A program made the position numbers and the translations under genes. Positions 50,733 to 64,000 of a stretch of DNA of 64,000 bases are shown in pieces (position 1 is the first letter of the stretch; the number at the start of each line of letters is the position of its first letter). Source of the DNA: the human T2T-CHM13v2.0 reference genome, Homo sapiens; the NCBI RefSeq assembly GCF_009914755.1, contig NC_060927.1. One strand, 5' to 3'. The notes beneath the pieces are model-generated. The model did no database searches. It saw only the letters and a program-made list of their open reading frames with translations, and was not told the DNA's origin.

Positions 50733-53700
50733 GGAGCATCCATACACAGAAATGAGAAAGAACCAGTGCAAGAACTCTGGCAAGTTATATGGCCAGAGTG
50801 TCTTATGTCCTCCAAATGACTGAACTAGTTCTACAACAAGGGTTCTTAATCAGCCCAAGTTGGCTGAAATGACCCCAGAAACAGAATTCAGAATACATAT
50901 AAGAATGAAGATCATCAAGATTCAGGAAAAGGGCAAAACCCAATTGAAATAAACTAAGAATCATGATAAAAACAATACAGAAGCTGATAGATGAAATACC
51001 AAGTATTAAAAAAAAAAGCTGACCTCATAGAGCTGAAAAACATACTACACGAATTTCACAATGCAATTGCAAGTATTAACAGCAGAATAGGCCAGGTGTG
51101 GTGGCTCACACCTGTAATTCCAGCACTCTGGGAGGCTGAAGCAGGTGGATTGCTTGAGTTCAGGAGTTCATGACCACCCTGGGCAACAAAGTAAGAGAAA
51201 CAAAGTTTCTCTACACAAATTTCAAAAATTAGCCAGGAATGGTGGCACACCTCTGTGGTCCCAGCTACTTGGGAGGCTGATGTGGGAGGATGGCTTGAGC
51301 CTGGGAAGCAGAGGTTACAGTGAGCCAAGTTTGTGCCACTGCACTCTAGCCTAGACAACAGAGCCAGACTTTGTCAGAAAAAAGAAGGAAGGAAGGAAGG
51401 AAAGAAAGAGAAAGAAAGAAAAATAGACCAAACTGAGGAAAGAATATCAGAACTTGAAGACTGGCTCTCTGACATAAGACACTTAGATAAAGGTAAAGAT
51501 AAAAGAACAAAAAGAAATGAACAAAACCTCCAAGAAAAGTGGTTTTATTAAAGAGGCCAAATCATAGGCTTCTCTGAAAGGAACAGAGAAAAAGCAAACA
51601 ACTTGGAAAACGGTTCAGAATATCATCCATGAAAACTTCCCCAACCTTGCTAGAGAGGCCAGCAGTCAAATTTAGAAAATACAGAGAACTCCTGCAAGAT
51701 TCTACACAAGAAGATCATCTCTAAGACACAGAACATCCCTAAGACATAAAGATCATCCCTAAGATTTTTTCCAAGGTAGAAGTGAAAGAAAAAATGTTAA
51801 AGGCAGCTATAGAGAAAGGGCAGGTCACCTACAAAGGAAACCTCATCAGGCTAACAGTGGCTCTTTCAGCAGAACCATACAAGAAAGAAGAGAGTGGGGG
51901 CCTATGTTCAACACTCTTAAAGAAAAAAAATCTTCAACCAAGAATTTAATATCCAGACAAACTAAGCGTCCTCAGCAAAGGTAAGATTCTTTCCATATGA
52001 GCAAATTCTGAGGGAGTTTGTCACCACCAGATTTGCCTTACAAGAGTTATTGAAAGCAGCACTAAATATGGAAAGGAAAGACCATTACCAGTCAATATAA
52101 AAACATACTTAAGTACACTGATCACTGATACTATGAAACAACCACGCAAACAAGCCAGCATAATAACCAGCTAACAACATAATGACAGGATCAAATCCAC
52201 CCATATCAATATTAACCTTGAATGTAAATGAGCTAAATGTCCCATTTAAAAGGCACAGAGTGGCAAGCTGGATAAAAAAGCAAGACCTAAGAGTGTGCTG
52301 TCTTCAAGGGACCATCTCACATGCAAAAACACCCATAGGCTCAAAATAAAGGGATGGAGGAAAATCTACCAAGCAAATGGAAATCACAAAAAAGTAAGAG
52401 TTGCAAACCTATGTTCAGACAAAATAGACTTTAATCCAGCAAAGATCAAAAAAAGACAACAAAGGGCATTACATGATGGTAAAGGTTTGAATTCAACAAG
52501 AAGACCTCATGATTCTAAATATATATGTACTCTACACAGGAGCATCCATATTCATAAAGCAAGTTCTTAGAGACCTATGAAGAGACTCAGATTCCCGCAC
52601 AGTAATAGTGGGAGATTTCAACATTCCACTTACATTATCAGACAGATCATCAAAGCAGAAAATTAACAAAGATAGTTAGGACCTGAACTATACATTGGAC
52701 CAAATGGATCTGATAGACCTCTACAGAACTCTCCACCCAGAAAGAGCAGAATATACATTCTTCTCATCACTACATAACACAGACTCTAAACTCAACCACA
52801 TAATTGGACATAAAACAATCCTCAGCAAAATGCACAAGAATCGAAATCATACCAAATATACACTTGGACTACACTGCAATAAAAATAGATGTTAAGACTT
52901 AAAAAATCACTCAAGACCATGCAATTACATGGAAATTAAACAACATTCTCTGAATGACTTTTGGGTAAATAATGAAATTAAGGCAGAAATCAAGAAGTTT
53001 TTTGAAGCTAATGAGAACAAAGATACAACATAACAGAGTATCTTTTACACAGCTAAGACAGTATTAGAAGGGAAATTTATAGCACTAAATTCCCATACCA
53101 AAACATTACAAAGATCTCAAATTTACAATCTAATATCACAATTGAAAGAATTAAAGAAACAAGAGCAAAGCAACCCCAAAACTAGCAGAAGATAATAAAT
53201 AACCAAAATCAGAGATGCACTGAAAGAAACTGAAACACAAAAAGCTATTCAAAAGATCAATAAATCCAGGAGTTGGTTTTTGAAACAATTAATAAGATAG
53301 ATGGGCTGATAGCTAGACTAATAAAAGAGAGAAGATTCAAATAAATACAATTAGAAATAACAAAGGAGATGTTATCACTGACCCCACAAAAATAAAAATA
53401 ACCATCAGTAACTACTATGAATACCTCTATACACACAAGCTAGAAAATTTAGAAGAGATGGATAAATTCCTGGACACATACACTCTCCCAAGACTGAACC
53501 AGGAAGAAATTGATTCCCTAAACAGACCAATAATGAGTTCCAAAATTGAAACCATAATAAATGCCTACCAACTAAAAAAAAGCCCAGGACCAGATGGATT
53601 CACAGCCAAATTCTACCAGATGTACAAAGAAGAACTAGTACAATTACTACTAAAATAACTCCAAAAAATTGAAGAGGAGGGACTCCTTCCCAACTCATTC

Positions 53701-56171
53701 TATGAGGCCAGCATCATCCTGACACCAAAGCCTGGCAGAGACACAACAAAAAAGAGGACTTTGGGCCAATATCCTCAATGAACATTGATGCAAAAATCCT
53801 CAACAAAATACTTGCAAACCAAATCCAACAGCACATCAAAAAGTGAATCCACCATGATCAAGTATGCTTCATCCCTGGGATGTAAGCGGGTTTCAACATA
53901 CACAAATCAATAAATGTGATTAATCAAATAAACAGAACTAAAGACAAAAACCACATGATTATCTCAATAGATGCAAAAAAGGATTTTGATAAAATTCAAC
54001 ATTGCTCCATGTTAAAAACTCTCAATAAACTAGGTATTGAAGGAACATGCCTCAAAATAATAAGAGCCATCTATGATAAACCCAAAGCCAACATCATACT
54101 GAATGGTCAAAAGCTCAAAGCATTCCCCTTGAAAACTGGCACAAGATAAGGATGCCCTCTCTCACCACTCCTATTCAACATAGTATTTGGAAGTCCTGGT
54201 CAGAGCAATCAGGCAAAAGAAAGAAATAAAGGGCATCCAAATAGGAGGAGAGAAAGTCTAACTATTCCTGTTTGCAGATGACATGATTCTATACCTAGAA
54301 AACCCCACACTCTTAGCCCAAAAGCTCCTTCAGCTGATAACATTAGCAAAGTTTCAAGATGCAAAATCAATGTACAAAAATCACTAGCATTCTTACACAA
54401 CAGCCAAGCCAAGAGCCAAATCAGAAACACAATCCCATTCACAATAGCCACAAAAAGAATAAAATATCCAGGAATACAGCTAACCAGGGAGGTGAAAGAT
54501 CTTTATAATGGGAATTATAAACACTGCTCAAAGAAATCAGAGATGACACAAACAAATGAAAAAACATTCCATGCTCATAGATAGGAAGAATCAATATCAT
54601 TAAAATGGCCATACTGCCCAAAGCAAATTACAGATTCAATGCTATTCTTATCAAATTACCAATGACGTTCTTCACAAAACAAGAAAAAAAGCTATTTTAA
54701 AATTCAAATGGAACCAAAAAAATATTCCAAACAGCCAAGGCAAACCTAAGCAGAAAGAACAAAGACAGAGACATCACATTACCCAACTTCAAACTATATT
54801 ACAGGGCTATAGTAACAAAAATAGCATGGTACTGGTACAAAAACAGACACATAGACTAATGGAACAGAGTAAAAAGCACAAAAATAAGGCCACACACCTA
54901 TGACAATCTGATCTTCGACAAAGCTGACAAAAACAAGCAATGGAAAAAGGACTGCTTATTCAATAAATGACGCTGTGATAACTGGCTAGCCATATGCAGA
55001 AGATTAAAACTGGACCCCTTCCTTGCACCATATACAAAGGATTAAAGACTTAAATGTAAAACCCAAAGCTGTAATAACCCTGGAAGACAGACTAGACAAT
55101 ACCATCCTGGACATAGGAGCAGGTAAAGATTTCCCGACAAAGATGCCCGAAGCAATCACAACAAAAGCAAACATTGACAAATGGGAACTAATTAAACTTA
55201 AGAGCTTCTGCACAGCAAAAGAAACTATTAATAGAGTACACAATCTACAAAATGGGAGAAAATATTTACAAACTATTCATCTGACAAAGGTCTAACATCC
55301 AGCATCTATAAGAACATAAACAAATTTACAAGAGAAAAACAATGATTAAAAAGTGGGCAAAGGACATGAACAGACACCTTTCCAGAGAAGATCTACATGC
55401 AGCCAACAAGCATATGAAAAAAGGTCAAAATCACTGATCATTAGAGGAATGAAAATCAAAACCACAAAGATATACCATCTCACACCAGTCAGAACGGTCA
55501 TTATTCAAAGGTCAAAACATAACAGATGCTGGTGAGGTTGCAGAGAAAAGGGAATGCTTATACACTGTTGGTGGGAGTGTACATTCGTTCAACCATGGTG
55601 GAAACCATTGTGGTGTGTCCTCAAAGAGCTAAAAATATAACTCCATTTGACTGAGCAATCCCATTACTGGGTATATACTCAGAGGAATAGAAATCATTCT
55701 ATCATAAAGACATGCATGCGTATGCTCATTGTAGCACTATTCACAATATAGCAAAGACATGGAATCAACCTAAATGCCCAGCAATGACAGATTGGATACA
55801 TAAAATGTGGTACGTATACACCATGAAATTCTAGGCAGCCATATAAAAGAAGGAGCTCATGTCTTTTGTGGGAACATGGATGGAGCTGGAGGCCATTATC
55901 CATAGCAAACTAATATAAGAATAGAAAACCAAATATTGCATGTTCTCACTTACAAGTGGGAGCTAAAAGATGAGAACACATGGACACAAAGAGGGGAGCA
56001 ATGAACACTAGAGCCTACTTGAGGGGGGAGGATAGGAGGAGGGAGAGGATCAGGAAAAATAACTATTGGGTACTAGGGTTAGTACTTGGGTGAAGAATTA
56101 ATCGGTACAACAAAACCCCATGACACAAGTTTACCTATAAAACAAATCTTCAATAAAAGTTTTTAAAAAAT
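50733..56171 (+). mobile_element. L1PA15/16-type LINE-1, 5'-truncated in the UTR, degenerate ORF1 and ORF2
   Basis: ORF2 remnants '[17 protein letters not shown]', '[17 protein letters not shown]', 'tttgcagatgacatg' (FADD). 3' end 'aaaaataactattgggtactagg'. 16-bp TSD agaaaacttccttcta / agaaaatttccttcta at 50717-50732 and 56172-56187. Confidence 0.93.
51090..51422 (+). mobile_element. AluJ within L1 ORF1, GGAA/GAAA tail
   Basis: 'ggattgcttgagttcaggagttcatgaccaccctgggcaacaaag'. Confidence 0.9.
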
Positions 56172-56300
56172 AGAAAATTTCCTTCTATTTTTTTTAAAGT
56201 GGACATGTGTTATCTATATAAATATTTTAGTAGTAACAGGCAGTTTGCTATACTTTCTTAACCCATGATGTATTCTTGATCTCATTAAGACCCAAGCCCA

Positions 56301-56581
56301 GGCTGGGCATGGTGGCTCATGTCTGTAATCCCACCACTTTAGGAGGCCAAGGCAGTCAGATCACTTGAGGCCAGGAGCTCGAGACCAGCCTAGCCAACAT
56401 GGCGAAACCCCATCTCTACCAAAAATACAAAAATTAGCCCAGTGTGGTGGCACACACCTGTAATCGAAGCTACTCAGGTGGCTGAGGCACGAGAGAATCA
56501 CTTGATTCAGAGGCAGAGGTTGCAGTGAGCCAAGATTGTGCCACTACACTCCAGCCTGGGCGACAGAGTGAAACTCTGTCT

Positions 56582-56613
<32 letters not shown>
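56301..56613 (+). mobile_element. AluS (Sz/Sx-like) with an A~30 tail
   Basis: 'gatcacttgaggccaggagctcgagaccagcctagccaacatggcg'. Confidence 0.93.
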
Positions 56614-56616
<3 letters not shown>

Positions 56617-57494
56617 AATGCCTTGTAACTCAACTCTTATTGACAAAATGAGATGGTGGAGTAGAGAAAAACCCAGGCATTTTTTGTAGACGTGGACATC
56701 TTATCTCCAAAAAAGTTTAATCCTTCTATGTGGTATTCCTGTGACATGTTGTCTAGCAATTTTCACAAAAGCTGCATTATTTTCTTCTAATCTTTCTTTA
56801 TCGGGGCTATATCTCCCAGCTACATTTGGTCCTATGTGCATAAAAGTTACCCCCTGTTACCAGCAGGTCTCATTTTATTCACCAAAGTGGTACATCACTA
56901 CACACTTACGTCTTCTCTACGAGAAAATTCCCAGTTGCTCAGAAAGCAATAAAATGCATCTCTGTTTAAAACTTCGATAGTGTTCGTGCTATCTCTGAAC
57001 ACAATGCTATTGAACCATGTACAGACTAACACAGGCATTCTTTTATTCCCCAAATAAGCAAGCACTAATATAGATATTAAAGAGCTTTCAAGTCTAACTT
57101 TATTTTGTTAGCCTCAGGCTGGGTGCCAACTTGCCCTGAAATGCCACCAGATAAGTTTGAAGTAGACCTATCACATTCTCCTCCAATAGGAGCTCATAGT
57201 CAATGACAAATTTTTCATGCAGATGACAAATCTCCAAATATCTGTTTTCAACTTACCATGTATAATTTAAAATAATATTATACATAGACATAGTACATAC
57301 ATATATATAAATGTACATATATATTAGGCATATTTCATAAATTATTATTATACCAAAAATTCTAATTATTATGCCCCAAACTGTAACGAATACTGAGTAA
57401 AATGAGGCATTAATTTCCATGGTCAAGGAACCCACAAACTGGTGAAAGAGACAAGATTATAGGATCACTTTTCTACGTAAAGTATTAAAAAAAA

Positions 57495-57725
57495 TAATAC
57501 TTAACAATTATTGATTATCCACTAGATACCAGCCACTTTTGCACATTACATGTGTGGAGTTATTAAATTGACACAAAAACCCTGCAAGGTAAATGCTATT
57601 ATTAAATTCATCTTATAAATAAGGTAAATGAGGTATAGAGAGATTAGGTAAATCACATACAGCACATAAGGGTCAGAGTCAGGATTCTAAGCCAGCATAT
57701 GTTAACTATTATACCATACTGCCTC
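57495..57725 (-). mobile_element. MIR
   Basis: 'acaaaaaccctgcaaggtaaatgctattatt...ataaataaggtaaatgaggtatagagag...gtcagagtcaggattctaagccag'. Confidence 0.7.
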
Positions 57726-59229
57726 AATACAAGAAAAGAAAACAAGGATAAATGAGGGCAGAATGCAGCCAATAATAAACTGGCAAATGAGTGGTGCAAA
57801 TAATATATACTTGAGGAGAATCTAACACTTCATGAGCCCCTGCTACATGCCAGGCTTTGGGCAATGCAGAACCAAGAAGCTGAATATTCATGCTTTATGC
57901 TGTGGGTTTTACACCAGTGGTTTAATGTTTGATTATCTACTTTACACAGAGCCTCAATGTGCTATTGCATAAAATAAACCCCATGTGTGTCAATTACCAG
58001 GGACCTAAAATTTAGGTCATTGCTCATTAACACATTGGAGATTTCATCAAAAATATTATCTTAAAGCCTTCTGGATCTCAGAAGTGGGAAAAAAAGAGCC
58101 TATGCAAAGCACAAATTCCCTGTTTGGATCCACCTTGAATTATCTATATAACAGTTCATTCTAGAACAGTTATCAAAGAGAAGTCTACGCTATATATACC
58201 CATTGAGATCTACAATCAAAACAGCAAATCCTCTTTATGTTATTTTCTTCTGTTATTTTCAATGTAAATTTACCATGTATTCAAAGCCAAGTATTTGGCC
58301 TGACTAAGGTCTCATGAAATTGAATCTTTACATTGTCTTTAGGGGCAAAGCAAGGAGGAAAAATATGTGATGAGCTTTGGTCCTGAAGTACACTCAAGAC
58401 AATGAAATTGCAATTATTATACTTAAATATCTTCATTTTTCCCATTTGAAATAGGGTGTACAGGAAAATGGAAAACGTAATTCACTGTGAAGAGCCAAAT
58501 TCACTTTGTAGATAAGAACTAAAGGTCTGTGTGCGTTTCACCAGTCTGTCCTAATCTCCCAGGGTACTCAAGCAGATGATTAAATAAGTCAATCAGCAGT
58601 TGGCTTTGCTAGCCCTGCAAAACTGGTGGCCTTTCCCTGGCTAGCCCAGTAAATAACTAATGGTGAGATTGACACAATTCCTGGTAGCCACTATCTCCTC
58701 TTAACATTTCCAGCAGCCTCTATTACTTAAGAGAATTCCACACACTTTTCTCTAGTGTCTAAGCCCACTTCCTACATTACAGACCAATTCAAGCCCCACT
58801 TTGCACATGTAGGCATCCATGGCTGCCCCCCATGAGAGGACTTACTCTACTCTGGATCTCTGTGATATTTGTTTTCCACATTTTTTTACCTTGGTTCTGA
58901 GCATGGCGTACCTGTCTTCTTGTGCTGGCTACATTTGTACGTGCATATGTTTTACTTCCTAACTAGACACAGGGCATAGCACAAGATAGTGAAAGTCTAC
59001 AATTGTGTGAAAACCATGGTCTTTGAAGACACACAGAGCTGAGCTGAAACAGGGTATATAGCTGCAACTGTGTACATTTCTTAACCTAGATAAGCATAGG
59101 TTTTCTATTCTACAAATAGGCCATGAAGGGTTGCTGCAAGGAAAAAATAAGAAATAAACGTAAAGTAGCACAAGCAGGGGTGCATGCATGAACAAACACA
59201 TCATTAACAAAAGAGTATACCTTTCCTAA

Positions 59230-60448
<1,219 letters not shown>

Positions 60449-60999
60449 GAACACAATACATTTTTGCTTTCAGTTCCTTTGTATCCTTCAGCTCAACTAG
60501 GACATTGATTTGCACATAGTAGGTACTCACAACTTCAGAACATTTTTTAAAAAGCAGAGTTTCTTAAATAGGTTAAGTATACTCTTTGCAGTATACTTAA
60601 AGGACTTCATTATACAATACAGTACCACATTTACCAAGGAGGTATGATTCTGAGGCCTCAGTGTGCTTCAGAGACTTGGGCAATTTGCTCAGCTAAACTA
60701 GCAAACAACATTCTCTGCATCTGTAAAAGGTTGGCAAGTTCATAGTCAACATCATGAAAACACCATAAAAATTTTTAATTATTTTAAAATTTCACAAATC
60801 TAGCATCCCTCCTCTAAAGGCATTTTTATTTCCCCTATGTTTCTGTTTATTTCCTTAGCTGCTTCTCTAAAACAGAGAAATTAAAAAGAAGTTTTTATAA
60901 ATTATACCAAGAAATAACAGAAGAATCCAGATGAGGATTTTTCCAAGGAAAAGGGCAGGCAGAAACAGAATCTGGAGCCTGGCAGTTTTTAAATTACCA

Positions 61000-61500
61000 T
61001 CAGGGTAAGGATTAGGATGACTTTGATTTCAAGTGATAGAAAACCAGCTTGAGCCAAAATAAAGAGAGGAAAGGAACATTTAATAATAAGGATTCTTAGT
61101 ACTCATGAAATCCAAAATCTGTGGAGCAGCTCAAATCAGTTAAAGTGCCAGCAGTTCTCTCTCCATTTCTCACAGCTCATCATTGCTACCTCTAGCATAC
61201 CTGTTTCATTTCTCTCTCTTTCCTGCTTGCTCACTCACTCACCCTCACTCTCTCTCAATTGCCTTCTTACTTCTCTTTCCAGATGGCCGTTAACTTAGCC
61301 ACCAACAACTCTCAGGCAGCACATCTTCCAGCTTTAATTATCAGTAACTTAAGATATTTCTCAGTTTTAGTCCAAAGTCTTAGGACAAAATGCTAATTGG
61401 CCCAGTTTGGGCCGGGTACCCAAATCTGGAACTACAGACTGTAGCCAGAGGATAAGGTCACATTGCAAAGATAAATCAGAAAAAGGGAAGAGAGAATCTA
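61000..61500 (-). mobile_element. old MLT1 LTR fragment
   Basis: 'ttgatttcaagtgatagaaaaccagcttgagc', 'aattggcccagtttgggccgggtacccaaatctggaact'. Confidence 0.55.
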
Positions 61501-63308
61501 AGCAGGATAATGAAATGTTTCATGCGCATATTTGGCCTTAGGTACTTCTCATACCTCCAACAGAAGGCCCTTTTTGTTGTTCCTTATCTGTCACATTGTA
61601 CCATGAAACAAAACTCCAAAATGTCTTTACCCAGGCATAAGGTAGTTTCAGTCACCCCCACTGGATATGATGATCATAAATTCCTGCAGACATATTCAAT
61701 GATGAAACACAGTGAAGAATTCCTGACTCTCTAGAAGAATAGAGATGAAATAATCTATTAAAGCCTAATGATACTTATATAACTTCATAGTATTTCAACG
61801 AACTACTTTGCAGCCATTAAAATCTTACTTTTTAAAATAATCGAATGATACGCAGCAATGCTCACACACACAAAAAAAGTTAAGTAAAAGGGCAGGTGAA
61901 GAATTTACATAGCACAATTCCAAACATGCCATATGCTGAAAATACACCAATAGGTATATGTGGATGTCAGAATTATGATATTTTATTTCTTTCACTATAT
62001 ACTTTCTATAGTTTCTAGATATTTTATCAAATACATATTATTTTATAACTATAAAATTAAATGGTTAAAAGGTTTAGTAAAGGGTTAGACATAGGTCACT
62101 AGAGGGTAGATTGTACCGTAGGTACCAGGAAGCTATGGGTCACGAGTCCTGTCTTTCTTTTTTATAATTCTCCTCATTTTTATCACCAACAATTAGCATG
62201 TGGTTAAGCCAGAAAAGATTTGTCAGAAAAAAAAATGTACTAAGCTGTTGGGAGTAAAGAGGAGGCTGAGGGAAGGAGAGAAGTCTGAAGGCAAGTCAAC
62301 CACCCACCCCAAGTCCCATACACAGGTTTCCCCGCTTCACAGACACACTGTGAACCCAGGCCTGCCACATAGACTTCCTTGTCTCAACAACTCTTTTGTG
62401 GCTGCATCGCACATGGACTTTCTAGGCTCACTATTTCACTATTGAAACCAAAGAAAAAATTTTTTTAATTCATTGGTGTTGCTTTTTGCAAGGAGCCATT
62501 ATGGCTTTGCTCTGCCTTAGCCTCTGGTCATGGAACTAGATCAAGAGAATGGGTTTCAAATCAGCAGCAATGAAGACAAAGATTCTGGCCAGGCTCCACC
62601 CAGGATTACTGGACATTTATAATTGGATTTATAATTTCCTACCCTTAAGCACTGGGGATCAACCACTTCTCTGTGGTCCAATCTAGCACTTAGATTGGTA
62701 GTATCAGCTCAACTTTTAATAAGAAAAACAATCAAAGAGCTTACAAATTCTCTGAGTCTGTAAATTTCAAGAGAACTCTCCAAATGTATAATCCAAGTTA
62801 GTTTTGATAATCACAGAGTCATACATGAGTGAACATTTAAATGGTGCAGACTCTTTCTTTGTGTTTACTGAGATGGACATTCTGGCAACCTTTGTCTTCC
62901 CCAGTCTCTCATACTTGAGAGCATTTGAGTGCCAGGTCAAATACACTCTTCCCCAGGTGGCTAAAGCAGCTTTAAAAAATATTGTTGTCACTGTGTCAGA
63001 TCAAGTGGAGAGGAGCAGAAATATGACCTGGGAGTCTCTATTGGTATTAGGCAGCAGGTTAGGTAGAAATTAGATTGCATTTGCTGGGATTCCATATAAT
63101 GCCCTGAGAGAGCAAAACTGTTCAGTTCTCTTTATTAGTGCTAGATTTATAGTTCAAAATGAAGATTAAATTAAGAAAAAATATCAAAGTTAATGTTCTA
63201 AAGAGCTCTTTAAATTCAAGATGTTCAGTAATGTGCTTTAGCATCTGATCTGGCATTCCCAGCTCCAGAGTCACTCTTGAGCTAATCTGCTGGGCTCATT
63301 GCTATTGA

Positions 63309-63542
<234 letters not shown>

Positions 63543-64000
63543 CGTAATAGCTTTTGAATGCTCATGAAACAAATCTGGATTCCTCTGTCCAGTTCTCAGG
63601 AACTTCCAAAACTCAGACGAAATCTCCCTAGTCCACCTCCTCATCAGCTGCTCCAATTAACCTTCTTCCCCCGACCCTACCTGGATGGTGGCTCATTACC
63701 CTACAGGCTACAGCCACACCCAGCCTTATCCCAGCATCTGGCCTTTCTTCACGCAAGTCTTCTCCACTTCAAACATCAAAACCCACCCTCAGTGCTTGGT
63801 CAAGTCCTAGCTTTCCTTGATTTCTCCAGTCCACAGAAGCCTCACCATTTTCTGAACTATTGTAGCACTCATGGGTCATTTATTAGTAGGACTTTAAGAG
63901 AACCCAAAATGATGAGAGGTATTCAAATGAGAAGGGAGGGAATACATCCTGCCCACCAAATACACGGAAATAGTGTCAGAATTCCTATGAGCTTAAGCTT

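Noticed and set aside
50733-56171. Possibly active L1 reverse transcriptase/endonuclease
   Set aside because: ORF1 and ORF2 are broken into many short frames, an Alu interrupts ORF1, and the 5' promoter is missing.
62767-63073. Overlapping 74-aa and 89-aa ORFs in unique sequence
   Set aside because: Non-ATG starts, no recognisable homology and no coherent splice-site pair.

Overview
This window is primate (very probably human) AT-rich, CpG-poor non-coding DNA, either intergenic or deep intronic. I can support no intact protein-coding gene. The long ORFs are artefacts of purine/pyrimidine simple repeats, and the rest are Alu or L1 fragments or chance ORFs. A large share of the window is interspersed repeat: two near-full-length old L1s, about 11 Alus, a MER11 solo LTR with intact TSDs, a MER61-type LTR, MLT/LTR16 LTRs, MER53, L2 and MIR. 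There is also a 3'-truncated 5S rRNA retropseudogene and two very long GA-only tracts (~1.2 kb and ~0.9 kb). The most unusual structure is a ~1.46 kb, relatively young inverted-duplication complex at 11062-12519. Its architecture is A-B-C-A-B'-A'-C', it splits an MLT2 LTR end, it is full of nested hairpins, and it can be reconstructed as a microhomology-driven multi-template-switch event. Also notable are a perfect 20-bp p53 response element in the MER61-type LTR and an inverted L1 mosaic that replaces the endonuclease region of an L1MA. Repeat subfamily names come from my memory of consensus sequences and need RepeatMasker/Dfam confirmation. I found no evidence of a novel gene-encoded system.
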